A stretch of 64,000 nt of DNA from Candidatus Eiseniibacteriota bacterium (lineage in GTDB: Bacteria; Eisenbacteria; RBG-16-71-46). Positions 1-10,607 of the stretch are shown here, piece by piece. How positions within the stretch are numbered: position 1 is the stretch's first letter; the number at the start of each line of letters is the position of its first letter. A model generated the notes under the pieces. It worked only from the letters and a program-made list of their open reading frames with translations. It ran no database searches and had not been told where the DNA came from. The position numbers and the translations under genes were made by a program. The stretch is from positions 192,001 through 256,000 of the forward strand of contig CAVSAC010000010.1 of the NCBI GenBank assembly GCA_963725865.1, written 5' to 3'.

Positions 1-1838
1 CCGAAGTTCGGCGGCACGCTGACGCGCTGTTCGCCGGGCTGGCGTGCCTGCGCGAGCGTGAGCACCGACTGCGGGCGCTCGCGCTGCAGGCGGGCGAGCG
101 TGCCGTCGAGCGAGATCGGCTCGGTGACGGCGAACACGTCGAAGCCGCCTCGATTGAACGCCGAGAACACCAGCCGGTCGCCCTGGCGCGACCACGACAG
201 GCTCGAGATCCCGCCGGTCACGTCGGTCAGCCGGGTGAACACCGAGTCCCCGACCGAGAACAGCATCATGTTGGGGGTGCCGTCACGGTCGGCGATGAAC
301 GCGAGCCGCCGGCCGTCCGGCGACCAGGCCGGCGAGTGGTCGTCGCCCCACGTGTCGAGCAGCTCGCTCGCGGCGCCGGTGGCGAGATCGAGGTTCCAGA
401 TTCCGTAGCGTCCGAATCCCTCCTGGAGCCGCCCGGGGTGGAGCACCACCGGCGTGCCGCGATCCGAGGAGAACGTCACGACGCGGCCATCGGGCGTCCA
501 GCACGGCTCCTTCTCGTCCCAGGTGTCGTCCGTCAGCCGGCTCACCGCCCCGGTGCGCGCGTGCACCATCCACAGATCGGAGCGCCCGTCCTTCACCCCC
601 ACCACCACGATCGAGTCCGCGACCGGCGACCACGCGGGGAAGTAGAGCGCCTCGCACGGCAACGTGAGGCGCCGCTCCACGTGGCCGTTGCCGGCGTCCA
701 CGATGTACAGCACGTCGCGCCCCGCGCTCTTGGCGGTGAGCGCCACGTGCCGGCCGTCCGGGGACCAGGTGAGCGAGCTGCGGAACGACGGGATGCCCTC
801 GAACTGCACGTTGCGCTCGCCGCGGATCAGCCGGCGCAGCACCTTCCCGTCGAACGCCGACATCACGTAGACGTCGGTGTACTGGCGGCGGTCGGTGAAG
901 TACACGATCCGATCGCCCTGCGGGGACACCGCGGGCGAGGTGTTCAGGTTGCTCTCGTCGCGGCGGTGGTCGGTGAGCCGGCGGGCGAACTCCTCGGGCT
1001 CCTGCTTGTGCGCGATGGTCGGCCAGTACTGCTTCTTGAGCCACTCCCGCCACTGCTCGTCGAACTTCGACACCGGCATCCCGACCGCGCGCTCGAACGC
1101 GCGGTCGAAGTTGCGGCTCTGACGCATCCGCTGGAGCACGTCGCGCAGCCGCTCTTCGCCGAAGCGGTCCACCAGGTAGGTGAGCGCCGATTGCCCCTGC
1201 TTGTAGACGATGTACCCGCCCGAGTACTCGAGCGGCGGCAGGTAGCCCTCGATGGTGCCGTCGCGCAGGAACATCTCGGCGTTGGACTCCATGCCGAGCG
1301 AGCAGTACTCCGCCAGCCCCTCCGCGAACCACAGCGGGACCTGGAACAGGCTCTGGCGCGCCAGGAACGACGCGGCCGAGCCACCGTAGAGCATGTCGAA
1401 CATGGTGGCGTGCGTGAGCTCGTGCACCACGACGTGGCGCAGGTCTTCGTACGAGCCTGTGAACGGCAGCACCACCCGGTTGCGCAGCGCCTCGGTGAAG
1501 CCGCCGGTGCCGGCGTCGATCAGCTCCGGCGTGACGTTGGTCTGCGCGAAGTCGTTGTGCGAGCCGTAGAGGATGATCGGGACCCGGTGCTCGATCGAGT
1601 GCCCCATGCGCACCGCGAGCATCGCCTGGGTCTTCTCCGCCAGGTCGAGCACCCGCATCGCGAGGCTGTCGAGTCCCTCGTAGTAGTAGACCTCGAAGTG
1701 GTCCGAGGACAGCGAGTGCCAGGTGTACTGCCGGTACTGGACCTTGTTCTGGCCGAAATACTGGGCGGCCGCCGGACGCGGCATCGCCGCGGCCGCCAAC
1801 GACACGACCACTCCCAGGAGGACCATCCGCATCCGCAT
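1..1838 (-). CDS. Exported zinc-metallopeptidase-like protein with PD40/TolB-like beta-propeller repeats (C-terminus runs off the window; possibly Omp85-barrel fused)
   Basis: Read manually (not in the ORF track because there is no stop inside the window). ATG at 1838 with AAGGA RBS; signal peptide ending AAA, then QYFGQNKVQY; HELTH (HExxH) and WFAEGLAEY; repeated PAVSPQG/WSPDG-type repeats. Confidence 0.75.
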   Translation of the reverse strand, partial: MRMRMVLLGVVVSLAAAAMPRPAAAQYFGQNKVQYRQYTWHSLSSDHFEVYYYEGLDSLAMRVLDLAEKTQAMLAVRMGHSIEHRVPIILYGSHNDFAQTNVTPELIDAGTGGFTEALRNRVVLPFTGSYEDLRHVVVHELTHATMFDMLYGGSAASFLARQSLFQVPLWFAEGLAEYCSLGMESNAEMFLRDGTIEGYLPPLEYSGGYIVYKQGQSALTYLVDRFGEERLRDVLQRMRQSRNFDRAFERAVGMPVSKFDEQWREWLKKQYWPTIAHKQEPEEFARRLTDHRRDESNLNTSPAVSPQGDRIVYFTDRRQYTDVYVMSAFDGKVLRRLIRGERNVQFEGIPSFRSSLTWSPDGRHVALTAKSAGRDVLYIVDAGNGHVERRLTLPCEALYFPAWSPVADSIVVVGVKDGRSDLWMVHARTGAVSRLTDDTWDEKEPCWTPDGRVVTFSSDRGTPVVLHPGRLQEGFGRYGIWNLDLATGAASELLDTWGDDHSPAWSPDGRRLAFIADRDGTPNMMLFSVGDSVFTRLTDVTGGISSLSWSRQGDRLVFSAFNRGGFDVFAVTEPISLDGTLARLQRERPQSVLTLAQARQPGEQRVSVPPNF

Positions 1839-1926
1839 GCACTCGTCCTTTCGCTCGTCCGCCCGGTCGCGGCCTGATCGTCGCCTACCCTAACATCCTT
1901 CCCGACGCGGAAGGTCCCGGAACGGT

Positions 1927-4900
1927 TCAGTATTCCCAGCGCGCCTTCAGGTTGACGTTGAGGTCGGTGTTGCCGGTCCCGCCCAGCGTGGTGGTGCCCC
2001 CGAGCCCCGGACGCCGTGTCACGTATTCGGTGGTCACGTAGAAGAAACGATTGAGGCGGTACTCCGCCTCGAGGTTGCGCTCGAACAGGTCGTCCGTGGC
2101 GCCGGTGATCGGGCGCGCCTCGCCGCCCGTCCCCCCCAGCCGGCGCTGGATCCGCACCGACAGGTTGCGCCCCAGCGGCACGCCGACCGTGGCGACCAGG
2201 TCGCCGGCCCCGGTGAACAGCCCGCCGCGCTCGCGCTCGAGCGCCCACTCGCTCACGTAGCCCTGGAACAGCCGCGACATCTCCGCCGACAGGGTGCGGT
2301 TGAGCGCCCGCGTCACGTAGTTGTCGAGCGGGTTGTTCTCGAACGCGGTCGGTCCCACCACCGTCCCGAGCGTGAGCTCGCGCAGGATCCGGGGCTGGTC
2401 CCAGGTCAGCTGGTCGTCGGCGAGCGTGATCGTCGGCTTGCTGGAGCGGCCGATGATCGCCGCGGTGATCGTGTGAGTCCGGGCGCGCTCGTTGACACTC
2501 CCCGTCAGGCCGGCCTCGATGGCGCCCGCGATCCGCGTGGTCGCCTCGACGTCCAGCAGCGGGTCCACGCCCGCGACGTTGTCGAACGTGAGGTCCGCGC
2601 GGTCGACGCTGAAGCGGTTCGAGAGGAACCAATAGGTCCCGCGCAGCGAGTGCATCTCGCCGAACACCAGCAGCGAGTCGACGGTCTGCTCGACCGTGAG
2701 GTCGGCGCTGAACTCGATGTCGCCGTTCGGCGGCTGCCAGTGCAGGTTGTCGCTCGCGTCGAGCTGCACGCGGTACACCCAGAACAGCGGCTGGGTGGTG
2801 GCGGCGAGCCGCTGCATCTCGGACTGGTTCGCGAAGTCGAACAGGATCGCGGCGCGCTCGAGGTGCACGGTGCCCACCACCATCGGGAGCGTCTGGCCGT
2901 GCACCCGCGGGCCGTTCGTCACCACGAAGCCGCCGTCGAACGCGGCCGCGTAAAGCCCCTGCTCCACCGCGGTGAAGTCGCGCAGGAGGAGGTCGAAACG
3001 GTAGCTCTGCATCGTCAGCCCGTGCAGCTCGACCGCGCCGCGGCCGGTCACCCGGCCACGGACGCCCTCGCTCGCCTGCAGCGTGTCCAGCGTGACGCGC
3101 GACTCGCTGAAGCGCAGATTGGCGCTCAGCTTCTCGAGGACCTCCTCGCGACCCTCCAGCCGCAGGGCGGCGTCGCGGATGTGGGCGAAGCCATCCAGGC
3201 GCGGATGGCGCGCGGTGCCGCCGACCGTGGCGCGCGCATCGAAGTGGCCGCTCGCGGAGGCGATCTGCGGCACGAACAGCGGCAACAGGCCGAGGTCCCC
3301 GGCCGGGATGTCGAACTTCCAGTCCATCGCGTCCTCGGGCACCACCGGCGTCGTGCCGAGCGCGAGCCTCAACGGCATCGATCCGCTCGCCTCGGAGGTC
3401 AGCGTGCGATGCAGCATGCGGACGGAACGGACCGTGAGCCGCCCGTCGCCGTAGGCCGCCTCGGCGGTCATCGCCTCCGCGACGAAGTCGCGCCAGCGCG
3501 GGGCGGCCATCGAGCTCTGCAGCGCCAGTTCCGGCCGCGCGGGCGACCCTTTCACTTCGAGCCGCCCGGACAGCGCGCCGGCGAATCCCTGCGCATCGGG
3601 CACGAGCGCCTGCAGCCGGTCGAGCGGCACCGCGTCGGCCTGGAACGAGCCGTCCCAGCGCCGCGCGGTGGCGAGCCAGTGCATCACACCTTCGGCGGTG
3701 AGCGTGTCGGGCCACGGCGCCCGCGTGTCGTCGACCCGCAGCGTGCCCGTCAGCCGGCCCGCGCCGAGCGTGAAGACACCCTCGCGCAGCTCCGCCCGCC
3801 CGGGCGCGCCGGCGAGCGTCACATGCACCGAGTCGGCGGCATGCCCGTGCGTGCCGGGGTGCGCGCAGTCCGCGCTGAACGTCCAGCGGGGATCCCCCGC
3901 GACGCCATGCACGTCCAGCCGCACGTCGGCCCGCCCGCTCACGGCCCACTCGAGCGGCAGGCCGAGGCGGCCCAGCGCCAGATCGTCCCCCCGGAAGGTC
4001 CAGTCGTAGGTGCCGCCCGGGGCCGCCCAGCGCCCGGCGATCTGGAGCCGCGCATCCCCGTCGTGACCCACGAGCCGCTCGAAGTCCACACCATGCGGAT
4101 CGCCCGCGAGCAGCACCTGCGGCTCCGCCACCCAGTCGAACTGCGCGCTGCGCGCGCGCGCGTGGTCGAGCGCGAGCGACCAGTGGGCCTGATCCCAGCG
4201 CGCGTGCCCGTCGGTCGTGACCACCGTGTCGGCCGCCCGCGCCTCGATGCGGTTGAGCGCCACCATCTGGTCGCCGAGCCCGAACGCCACCGCCGCGCTG
4301 TCGAAGTGCACGCCCAGGTACATGACGTCGCGCAGGTGCGCCGTCGCACTCAGCTGCGGGGTCGGCAACAGGCGGCCGTCCACGCCGTCGAGCTGCCAGC
4401 GCGCCGTCTGCATCCCGAGCCAGCTGCTGGTGGTGCCGTCGAGCGCGCCGGTCACGAACATCCCGTCGTGGTCCGCCCGCACCGTTCCGGCACCGGCGTG
4501 GAGCGTACCGCGCAGGCCGGAGGCGCGGCCGTCCGGCCACTCGTCGAGCGGCAGGTCGTGCACCGTGTAGTCGCCGCTCCAGCCCGCGGGATCGGTGTCG
4601 GCGATCAGCCCGAAGCCACCGCCACGGCGCTGGGCGTCGACCTCGAAGTGCACCGGCTTCTGATACGGGAACGCCACCGCCACCGTCGCACTGTCCACGC
4701 GCCAGCCGGCCAGCGTCGAGGCCCCGAGCAGCGCGTCGAGCGTGGAGGACGCGCGGCCGCGAACGCGCGTGTCGACCGCGTAGCGGAAGCGGCCGTGGAG
4801 CTGGCCCGCGGGCCAGCCCGGAATGTGCAGCGGACCCCAGCGCGCCGGATCGCCACGGTCCACGTCGCCGCCGACCGCCCACCCCTGCTTCACGTACGTC

Positions 4901-6000
4901 ACCCAGCCACGCAGCTCGCCCGCCTCCGAGTGGACGGCCAGCGGTTCGACGCGCAGCCGCTCGCCGTCCCACGCCGCCCGGCCCACGCCCTCGGCGGCGA
5001 GCCCGTTCCAATCCAGCCGCGAGCGGAAGTCGCCGCGCCAGGCGCGCTCGCCCCGCGCGTCGACAGTGATCGCGCCCTCGCCCGGCACGTCGAAGGCACC
5101 GTTCTGGAACACGCGGGCCAGCAGGCCCCAGCGCACCCGCTGGACCTCGAGGTGCACGAGCTTCTCGGCGCCCTTGCGGGCCCACGCGGCGTGACCCCGC
5201 AGCGCCAGCTCGGGACTGCGCAGCTCGGCGACGTCCACGCGGACGCTGTCGCCGAACGTGGCGTCGGCGCGCAGCGCCTGGAGCACGGTATGGAACGGCC
5301 CGCGCGTCCACGACAGCCGTCCCAGATGCGCACGGGCCTGGTTCCCGGTGCGCAGATCGAGGTCCAGCTCGAGACCCTCGACCCCCTCGATGCCGCGCGG
5401 CGTCATGACGCGGCCGCGGTGCATCAACACGCGGATGTCGACCGGCTTGCCGGCGGTGCTGCTGGGACCCGAATTCCACTTCGGCAGCCGGATCCGCCCG
5501 TCGGCGCCCTTCGAGAGCCACACCACCGGATCCTCGGCGCGCACCTCCATCGAGCGCTCGCGTCCGGTGAGCAGCGCCCAGGCGGAATAGGTGAGCGTGA
5601 TGCGCTTCGCCTCGAGCAGTGGAGGCAGCTCGGAGCCGCGGAAGCGCACCTTGGGCTCCACCAGCGTCAGCCCGGTGAGCGGATTGCCCCGCATGTCCTT
5701 CAGCTCCAGCACCAGGTCGCTGCGGGTCGCCAGCGCCTGGTTCGTGAACAGGCTCAGCTCCTGTGCGACCCACTCGGTCCGGCGTGCGAGGTAGAGCACC
5801 GTCGTCACGACCGCGATCACGATCACGCCGAGGATCCCGAGTCCGACCAGCCAGCTGATCTTGCCGACCGTCCAGCGCACCGGCTTCGGGACGTGCTCGA
5901 CCACCTCCGCGATCTCCTCGCGGAGCTCCTCGGCGATACCGTGGTGCCCGGTGGGGACCTCGGCCGGGCGTTCGGAGTCGGGATCGCGTGGATCGGTCAT
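1927..6000 (-). CDS. Translocation/assembly module TamB-like (AsmA family) protein
   Basis: About 1357 aa, N-terminal TM anchor, long beta-rich body, C-terminal DUF490-like region ending NLKARWEY; adjacent to an Omp85 gene. Start trimmed to MTDPRDP. Confidence 0.8.
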   Translation of the reverse strand: MTDPRDPDSERPAEVPTGHHGIAEELREEIAEVVEHVPKPVRWTVGKISWLVGLGILGVIVIAVVTTVLYLARRTEWVAQELSLFTNQALATRSDLVLELKDMRGNPLTGLTLVEPKVRFRGSELPPLLEAKRITLTYSAWALLTGRERSMEVRAEDPVVWLSKGADGRIRLPKWNSGPSSTAGKPVDIRVLMHRGRVMTPRGIEGVEGLELDLDLRTGNQARAHLGRLSWTRGPFHTVLQALRADATFGDSVRVDVAELRSPELALRGHAAWARKGAEKLVHLEVQRVRWGLLARVFQNGAFDVPGEGAITVDARGERAWRGDFRSRLDWNGLAAEGVGRAAWDGERLRVEPLAVHSEAGELRGWVTYVKQGWAVGGDVDRGDPARWGPLHIPGWPAGQLHGRFRYAVDTRVRGRASSTLDALLGASTLAGWRVDSATVAVAFPYQKPVHFEVDAQRRGGGFGLIADTDPAGWSGDYTVHDLPLDEWPDGRASGLRGTLHAGAGTVRADHDGMFVTGALDGTTSSWLGMQTARWQLDGVDGRLLPTPQLSATAHLRDVMYLGVHFDSAAVAFGLGDQMVALNRIEARAADTVVTTDGHARWDQAHWSLALDHARARSAQFDWVAEPQVLLAGDPHGVDFERLVGHDGDARLQIAGRWAAPGGTYDWTFRGDDLALGRLGLPLEWAVSGRADVRLDVHGVAGDPRWTFSADCAHPGTHGHAADSVHVTLAGAPGRAELREGVFTLGAGRLTGTLRVDDTRAPWPDTLTAEGVMHWLATARRWDGSFQADAVPLDRLQALVPDAQGFAGALSGRLEVKGSPARPELALQSSMAAPRWRDFVAEAMTAEAAYGDGRLTVRSVRMLHRTLTSEASGSMPLRLALGTTPVVPEDAMDWKFDIPAGDLGLLPLFVPQIASASGHFDARATVGGTARHPRLDGFAHIRDAALRLEGREEVLEKLSANLRFSESRVTLDTLQASEGVRGRVTGRGAVELHGLTMQSYRFDLLLRDFTAVEQGLYAAAFDGGFVVTNGPRVHGQTLPMVVGTVHLERAAILFDFANQSEMQRLAATTQPLFWVYRVQLDASDNLHWQPPNGDIEFSADLTVEQTVDSLLVFGEMHSLRGTYWFLSNRFSVDRADLTFDNVAGVDPLLDVEATTRIAGAIEAGLTGSVNERARTHTITAAIIGRSSKPTITLADDQLTWDQPRILRELTLGTVVGPTAFENNPLDNYVTRALNRTLSAEMSRLFQGYVSEWALERERGGLFTGAGDLVATVGVPLGRNLSVRIQRRLGGTGGEARPITGATDDLFERNLEAEYRLNRFFYVTTEYVTRRPGLGGTTTLGGTGNTDLNVNLKARWEY

Positions 6001-6002
6001 GG

Positions 6003-7910
6003 TCAGAACGAAGGTCCGATGGCGAACTGAGGCTCCCGCACGAACCAGCGCCCACTGGCGTCGACGGGCCGTGCGCTCCACGTCAGGTCCACACGCAGCG
6101 GGCCGAACGGCAGCATCAGCGTACCGCCGGCGCCGAATACATACCGCACGTCCCCATCGGACGGCAGGGTGTGGCCCGAACGCGGGGTGAGATTGCTCCA
6201 CTTCATGTACCGCGGCTGCGACCAGACATTCCCGGCGTCCACGAACAACTCGACGCCGAACGGCCCCACCACCGGCACCCTCAGCTCGGCGCCGGCCAGC
6301 GCCATCGCCAGTCCGCCGGAGGGCTGCAGCTCGTTCTCGTTGAAGCCGCGCACCGAGTTGACGCCGCCGAGGCGGAAGCGGTCTTCGAGCGGCACCCGTG
6401 CGACCTCGGGGTCCAGCCCGACCTGGGGGCTGAATATTTCATCGCTGCCGAACGGGCGGATGATGCCGCCGCCGGCGCGGGTGGCGAGCACCCAGCCGTT
6501 GCGCAGCGGGGTGTACCACGACGACGACAACAGCCCCTTGCTGAAGCTGCTCGCGCCCTGCAGCGGGCCGCCCGCGATCTCGGCGCTCAGCGACTGGGTC
6601 GAGCCGGTGGTGGCGGACAGCGGATCGTCGCGCCGGTCGCGCAGCCCGCTCAGTGCCAGGCGGTGGGTCGCGTACGAGGGCCTCACGTGGAGGAGCAACG
6701 AGTCGAGCACCGCGCCCTGCAGGTCCGCATTGACGTCGTGGAGGTGCTGGACGACGAACGTGTTGTCCTGGGTGAGCGTGATGCGGCCGCGGCGGCCGAG
6801 TTCCCGGTACGCCTGGAACGTGATGCCCTTCGCCTCCTGCGCCACTACCCACCGCTCGTCGGCGCGATCCTCGTTGCGCTGGTAATAGAGCGACACCACG
6901 CCGCGGGTGCGGGTGCGGAACAGCCATGGCTGGAGCAGCGAGGTGCTGGTCCGCAGGCGCTGGAAGCGGCCGCGGGAATCGAGCGACACGTTGGCGCCGA
7001 CCACCCCGTTCAGGCCCTGCCCGGCGAGATTGCGGTGCCCCCATTCGCCGAGGAAGCGGAACGCGTCCGAGGTCCCGCTGCCGACGCCGGCGTCCAGCCA
7101 CCGCGGCTTGCGCTCGACCAGTCGCAGGTCGAAGTCGATGACCTGGCGCGACGAGTCGGCGAGCGTCGAGATCTGGGCCTGACTGAACAGTCCGGTGTCG
7201 TACAGGTGCTCCAGCGAGCGCTCGACGCGCGAGCGCTTGAACGCTTCCCCCTCGTGCAGCAGCAGCTCGCGACGCGCCAGACTCTCGTCGACGCGCAGGG
7301 TGGTCAGACCGGAGATCTGCACCTGACCGAGGTGGTAGAGCGGTCCCTCGAGGACGTCGTAGCGCACCAGGACCGCGAGCGAGTCGCGGCGCAGCGCGCT
7401 CGTGGCGTGCGCGAGATAGCCGCGCTCCTGGTACGCGTTCGCGATGCGAGTCGTGTCGGCGACCAGGTACGACGGATTGAACGGCCGCCCCGCCCGCGCG
7501 TAGAGCTGGCGTCCCAGTTCGTTCCCCGAGAACACGGTGACGCCGCCGAACTCGACGGCGCGGATGCGCGAGCGGCGCCCCTCGGTGATCGCGAACGTCA
7601 CGATCGCGCGGCCCGGGTCGCGGCGCGCGGTCCGCACCGCCACCTGCGCGCGCGCGTCGAGATAGCCGTGCTGGCGATAGAGCGTCTCGATGGCGAGCGT
7701 GTCGGCACGCAGGAAGTCCCGGCGCAGGCGCGGCTCCTGCCGCCACGGGAGCGCGGACGGCGGCTTGGTCTTCATGACCGCGTACAGATCACGTGGCTTG
7801 AGGGCGTGGCGACCCTCGAACCGCACGCCCGACACCGTCTGGAGCTCGGTCGGAAACGTGTCCTGCGCCCGGGCGGGCGGGCCGGCGAGTGTCAGCGCGA
7901 GCAGCGCCAT
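6003..7910 (-). CDS. Omp85-family outer membrane protein (TamA/BamA-like) with POTRA domains
   Basis: Signal peptide, POTRA-like repeats (YRQHGYLDA, YQERGY), RFRLGGVNSVRGF motif, C-terminal Phe; about 635 aa. Confidence 0.88.
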   Translation of the reverse strand: MALLALTLAGPPARAQDTFPTELQTVSGVRFEGRHALKPRDLYAVMKTKPPSALPWRQEPRLRRDFLRADTLAIETLYRQHGYLDARAQVAVRTARRDPGRAIVTFAITEGRRSRIRAVEFGGVTVFSGNELGRQLYARAGRPFNPSYLVADTTRIANAYQERGYLAHATSALRRDSLAVLVRYDVLEGPLYHLGQVQISGLTTLRVDESLARRELLLHEGEAFKRSRVERSLEHLYDTGLFSQAQISTLADSSRQVIDFDLRLVERKPRWLDAGVGSGTSDAFRFLGEWGHRNLAGQGLNGVVGANVSLDSRGRFQRLRTSTSLLQPWLFRTRTRGVVSLYYQRNEDRADERWVVAQEAKGITFQAYRELGRRGRITLTQDNTFVVQHLHDVNADLQGAVLDSLLLHVRPSYATHRLALSGLRDRRDDPLSATTGSTQSLSAEIAGGPLQGASSFSKGLLSSSWYTPLRNGWVLATRAGGGIIRPFGSDEIFSPQVGLDPEVARVPLEDRFRLGGVNSVRGFNENELQPSGGLAMALAGAELRVPVVGPFGVELFVDAGNVWSQPRYMKWSNLTPRSGHTLPSDGDVRYVFGAGGTLMLPFGPLRVDLTWSARPVDASGRWFVREPQFAIGPSF

Positions 7911-7947
7911 CACGGCCGCGCGGTATCGCCGGCGCAGGAGCGCCCCC

Positions 7948-9354
7948 TCAGGGTGCGCTGGGGACAACCGTCCGCTCCCGTGGGGTGGCATGGGGGCCGC
8001 GATCGAGGGCGCGCTGTCGCTGGAGCACACGCAGCGGATCGTTGGCGAGGATGAAAAGGAAGAGCGCGCCCAGCACCACCAATCCCACCTTCTGGAAGCG
8101 CAGGTAGGCCGCGGCGGTCAGTCCGCGCCGGCGCAGCGCCTCGACGATCGCGAGCAGGATGTGCCCGCCGTCGAGCACCGGCATCGGCAGCAGGTTGAAC
8201 GCCATGATGGCGATGTTGATGGTGGCGAAGAACTGCAGCAGCGCGTCGAGCCCGCGTTCCGCCTGCTGGCTCGCGGCCTGCGCGATGAACATCGGGCCAC
8301 CCAGGTACTCGCGGTAGTAGAGCGGCCGCATGAGGGTCATCCACATCCCCTGGTACACGGTCGAGATCACCTGGCCGGTGCCCCAGAACGCGAACTGCAC
8401 CGACTCGCCCAGCCCGAAGCGCTGCACGTACTCCTGCTTGCGCGGCGCCTCGATGCCGATGATTCCCTGCGCGTCGGAGGGATCGTTCGACAACGGCTTG
8501 ATCTGCACGTCGAACGTGGTCTGCCCGCGGAGCAGCGTGAAGGTCACCAGGCTGTCCACCTTGCCGCGCAGCGCCACCGGCAGGTCGCTCCATTGGCGGA
8601 TCGCCTGCCCGTCCACCGCGAGCACCCGGTCGCCCTTCAGGAGCCCGGCCTTGTAGGCGGGTGCTCCCACGGCGACCATGCCCACCACGGGCGGCGTCGG
8701 CTCGGGATGGATCGACGACAGCACGCGCTCGCGCTGCGCGGGCGACAGCGTCACCGCGAGTCGCGCTCCCGCCCGCTCCACGTGGAGCACGCGGGGTCGG
8801 TCCTTGCGGGCGCGATCGTTGATCTGGAAGATCGCCACCCACGACGGCGTCGGCGTCCCGTCGAGGGCGACGATGCGATCGCCCTCCCGGAGCCCCGCGG
8901 CGTACGCGGCACTCGTGTCGGGGAGGGCGCCCAGCACATTCGGCGAGTCCGAGAACGTGATCCCCGTCACCGAGGCGACCACGATCAGCGCGATGAATGC
9001 GGTGATGAGGTTCGCGAACGGACCCGCGAACGCGATCCAGATGCGACCGGGCCACGGGTGGCTGAGGAACTGCTCGGGCCCGGCCGGCATGGTGCCGTCC
9101 TCGAGCGGGGAATCGCCCGCCATCTGCACGTAGCCGCCGAGCGGGATCGCGGACACCTTGTAGTCGGTCCCCCCGCGAACGATTCCGAACAGCCGCGGCC
9201 CGAAGCCCACGGAGAACGCGAGCACCCGCACCCGGCGCATCTTCGCCGCGATGAAGTGCCCCAGCTCGTGCACGAAGATCACGAGCCCGAGCACCAGCGC
9301 GGTCGCGACGACCAGGCGGAGCCCCTCGGGGAGGTGTTGGAGAACGTGCGTCAT
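7948..9354 (-). CDS. rseP: RIP metalloprotease RseP
   Basis: HELGH, PLGGYV, two PDZ domains, NLLPMPVLDGG; AAGGAG RBS before ATG 9354. Confidence 0.95.
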   Translation of the reverse strand: MTHVLQHLPEGLRLVVATALVLGLVIFVHELGHFIAAKMRRVRVLAFSVGFGPRLFGIVRGGTDYKVSAIPLGGYVQMAGDSPLEDGTMPAGPEQFLSHPWPGRIWIAFAGPFANLITAFIALIVVASVTGITFSDSPNVLGALPDTSAAYAAGLREGDRIVALDGTPTPSWVAIFQINDRARKDRPRVLHVERAGARLAVTLSPAQRERVLSSIHPEPTPPVVGMVAVGAPAYKAGLLKGDRVLAVDGQAIRQWSDLPVALRGKVDSLVTFTLLRGQTTFDVQIKPLSNDPSDAQGIIGIEAPRKQEYVQRFGLGESVQFAFWGTGQVISTVYQGMWMTLMRPLYYREYLGGPMFIAQAASQQAERGLDALLQFFATINIAIMAFNLLPMPVLDGGHILLAIVEALRRRGLTAAAYLRFQKVGLVVLGALFLFILANDPLRVLQRQRALDRGPHATPRERTVVPSAP

Positions 9355-9388
9355 CGATGCCAACTCCTTGACTGGGAAGGTGTTCGCC

Positions 9389-9418
9389 AAACTACTCCGG
9401 GCCGTGAATGGGCGTCAA
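9389..9418 (-). promoter_or_regulatory. sigma70-like promoter for rseP-omp85-tamB
   Basis: TTGACG-N18-TAGTTT about 35 nt upstream of the rseP start. Confidence 0.55.
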
Positions 9419-9503
9419 GATGGCGCCCCCCCTCCACCGCATCGTCATCGGCCGCCGGCACCCGCCGCGCCAGCTTCCCGTGCGGCCCGGGTGGCGCATC
9501 GCC

Positions 9504-10607
9504 TCAGCTCCCCGAGCGGCGGGCCGAGCACAGCCGCTCGTACACTTCGATCGTGCGCTGCACCATGTGGTCGGCGGTGAACCCCTGCACCGAGCGTCGA
9601 CCCGCCTCCACCCAGGCGGCGCGCTCCAGCGGATGCTCCAGCGCGTGCGCGATCGCTGCCGCCAGCGCGGCGGGATCGCGCGCCGGCACCAGCCGCCCGC
9701 TGACCCCGTCCGCGACCACGTCCGGGATCCCACCCACCCGGGTGGCCACGATCGGCACCCCGAGCGCCAGGGCGTCCAGCAGCGAGGTGCACAGCCCCTC
9801 CAGATGCGACGAGAGTGCGAACAGCGTGAACTGTTCGAGCAGCGCGTGGGCGTCCGGCCGGAAGCCGAGCCGATGGACTCGCTGCTCCAGTCCGAGGGCG
9901 GCGATCCGCCGCTCGAGCGCGTCGCGGCATTCCCCCTCGCCGACCCAAGCGAAGTGCGCGTCCGGTACCCGGCGCAGCACCTCGGGGACCGCCTCGAGCA
10001 GCGTGGCGTGGTCCTTGTGCGGTGCCAGCGCGGCCACCGTGCCCACCACCGGGGCGTCGGACGGGCAGCCGAGCAGCGCGCGCAGGTCCGCCACCCCGGG
10101 CTCCCCGCGAACCGGCCGCGGCAGTTCGATGCCGCTCGGGACCAGCGCGAGCCGCGCGCGTGGGATGCCGCCGCGCGCCATCACGTCCATCACGCCGCGG
10201 CTGATGCACAGATAGCAGTCGACCGGCAGCGCGTACTTCAGCCGCGAGAACGGATGCGTCGCGACGTCGAAGTCCACCCGCCGCGACACCACGGCGACCG
10301 GCACCCGCGCCAGCCGCGCGGCCGGCACGCCGACCGCGTGCGCGTGCGCCGAGTGGGCGTGCGCGACCTCGGCGCCGAAGCGGCGCAGCCCGCGTGCCGC
10401 GCCCAGCATCGCGGCGAGGTCCAGCTCGCCGTGCGGGCGCCACGGCTCGACCGCGAACCCCTCCCGGCGGGCCCGCTCCGCGAGCGGCGCCGCGGGCGCC
10501 AGCAGCAGCACGTCGTGCCCGCGCGCGCGCAGCCCGCGCATCAGGAACAGCACCTGCGCCTGTCCCCCGCGCCACTCGCGTCCGGTATCGAGGTGGGCCA
10601 CCCTCAC
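9504..10607 (-). CDS. Glycosyltransferase family 4 (GT-B), probably LPS core
   Basis: GTG start overlapping the upstream stop; RGGQAQV, HKDH, EGLCTSLLDA...GVPIVATRVGGIPD motifs. Confidence 0.9.
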   Translation of the reverse strand: MRVAHLDTGREWRGGQAQVLFLMRGLRARGHDVLLLAPAAPLAERARREGFAVEPWRPHGELDLAAMLGAARGLRRFGAEVAHAHSAHAHAVGVPAARLARVPVAVVSRRVDFDVATHPFSRLKYALPVDCYLCISRGVMDVMARGGIPRARLALVPSGIELPRPVRGEPGVADLRALLGCPSDAPVVGTVAALAPHKDHATLLEAVPEVLRRVPDAHFAWVGEGECRDALERRIAALGLEQRVHRLGFRPDAHALLEQFTLFALSSHLEGLCTSLLDALALGVPIVATRVGGIPDVVADGVSGRLVPARDPAALAAAIAHALEHPLERAAWVEAGRRSVQGFTADHMVQRTIEVYERLCSARRSGS

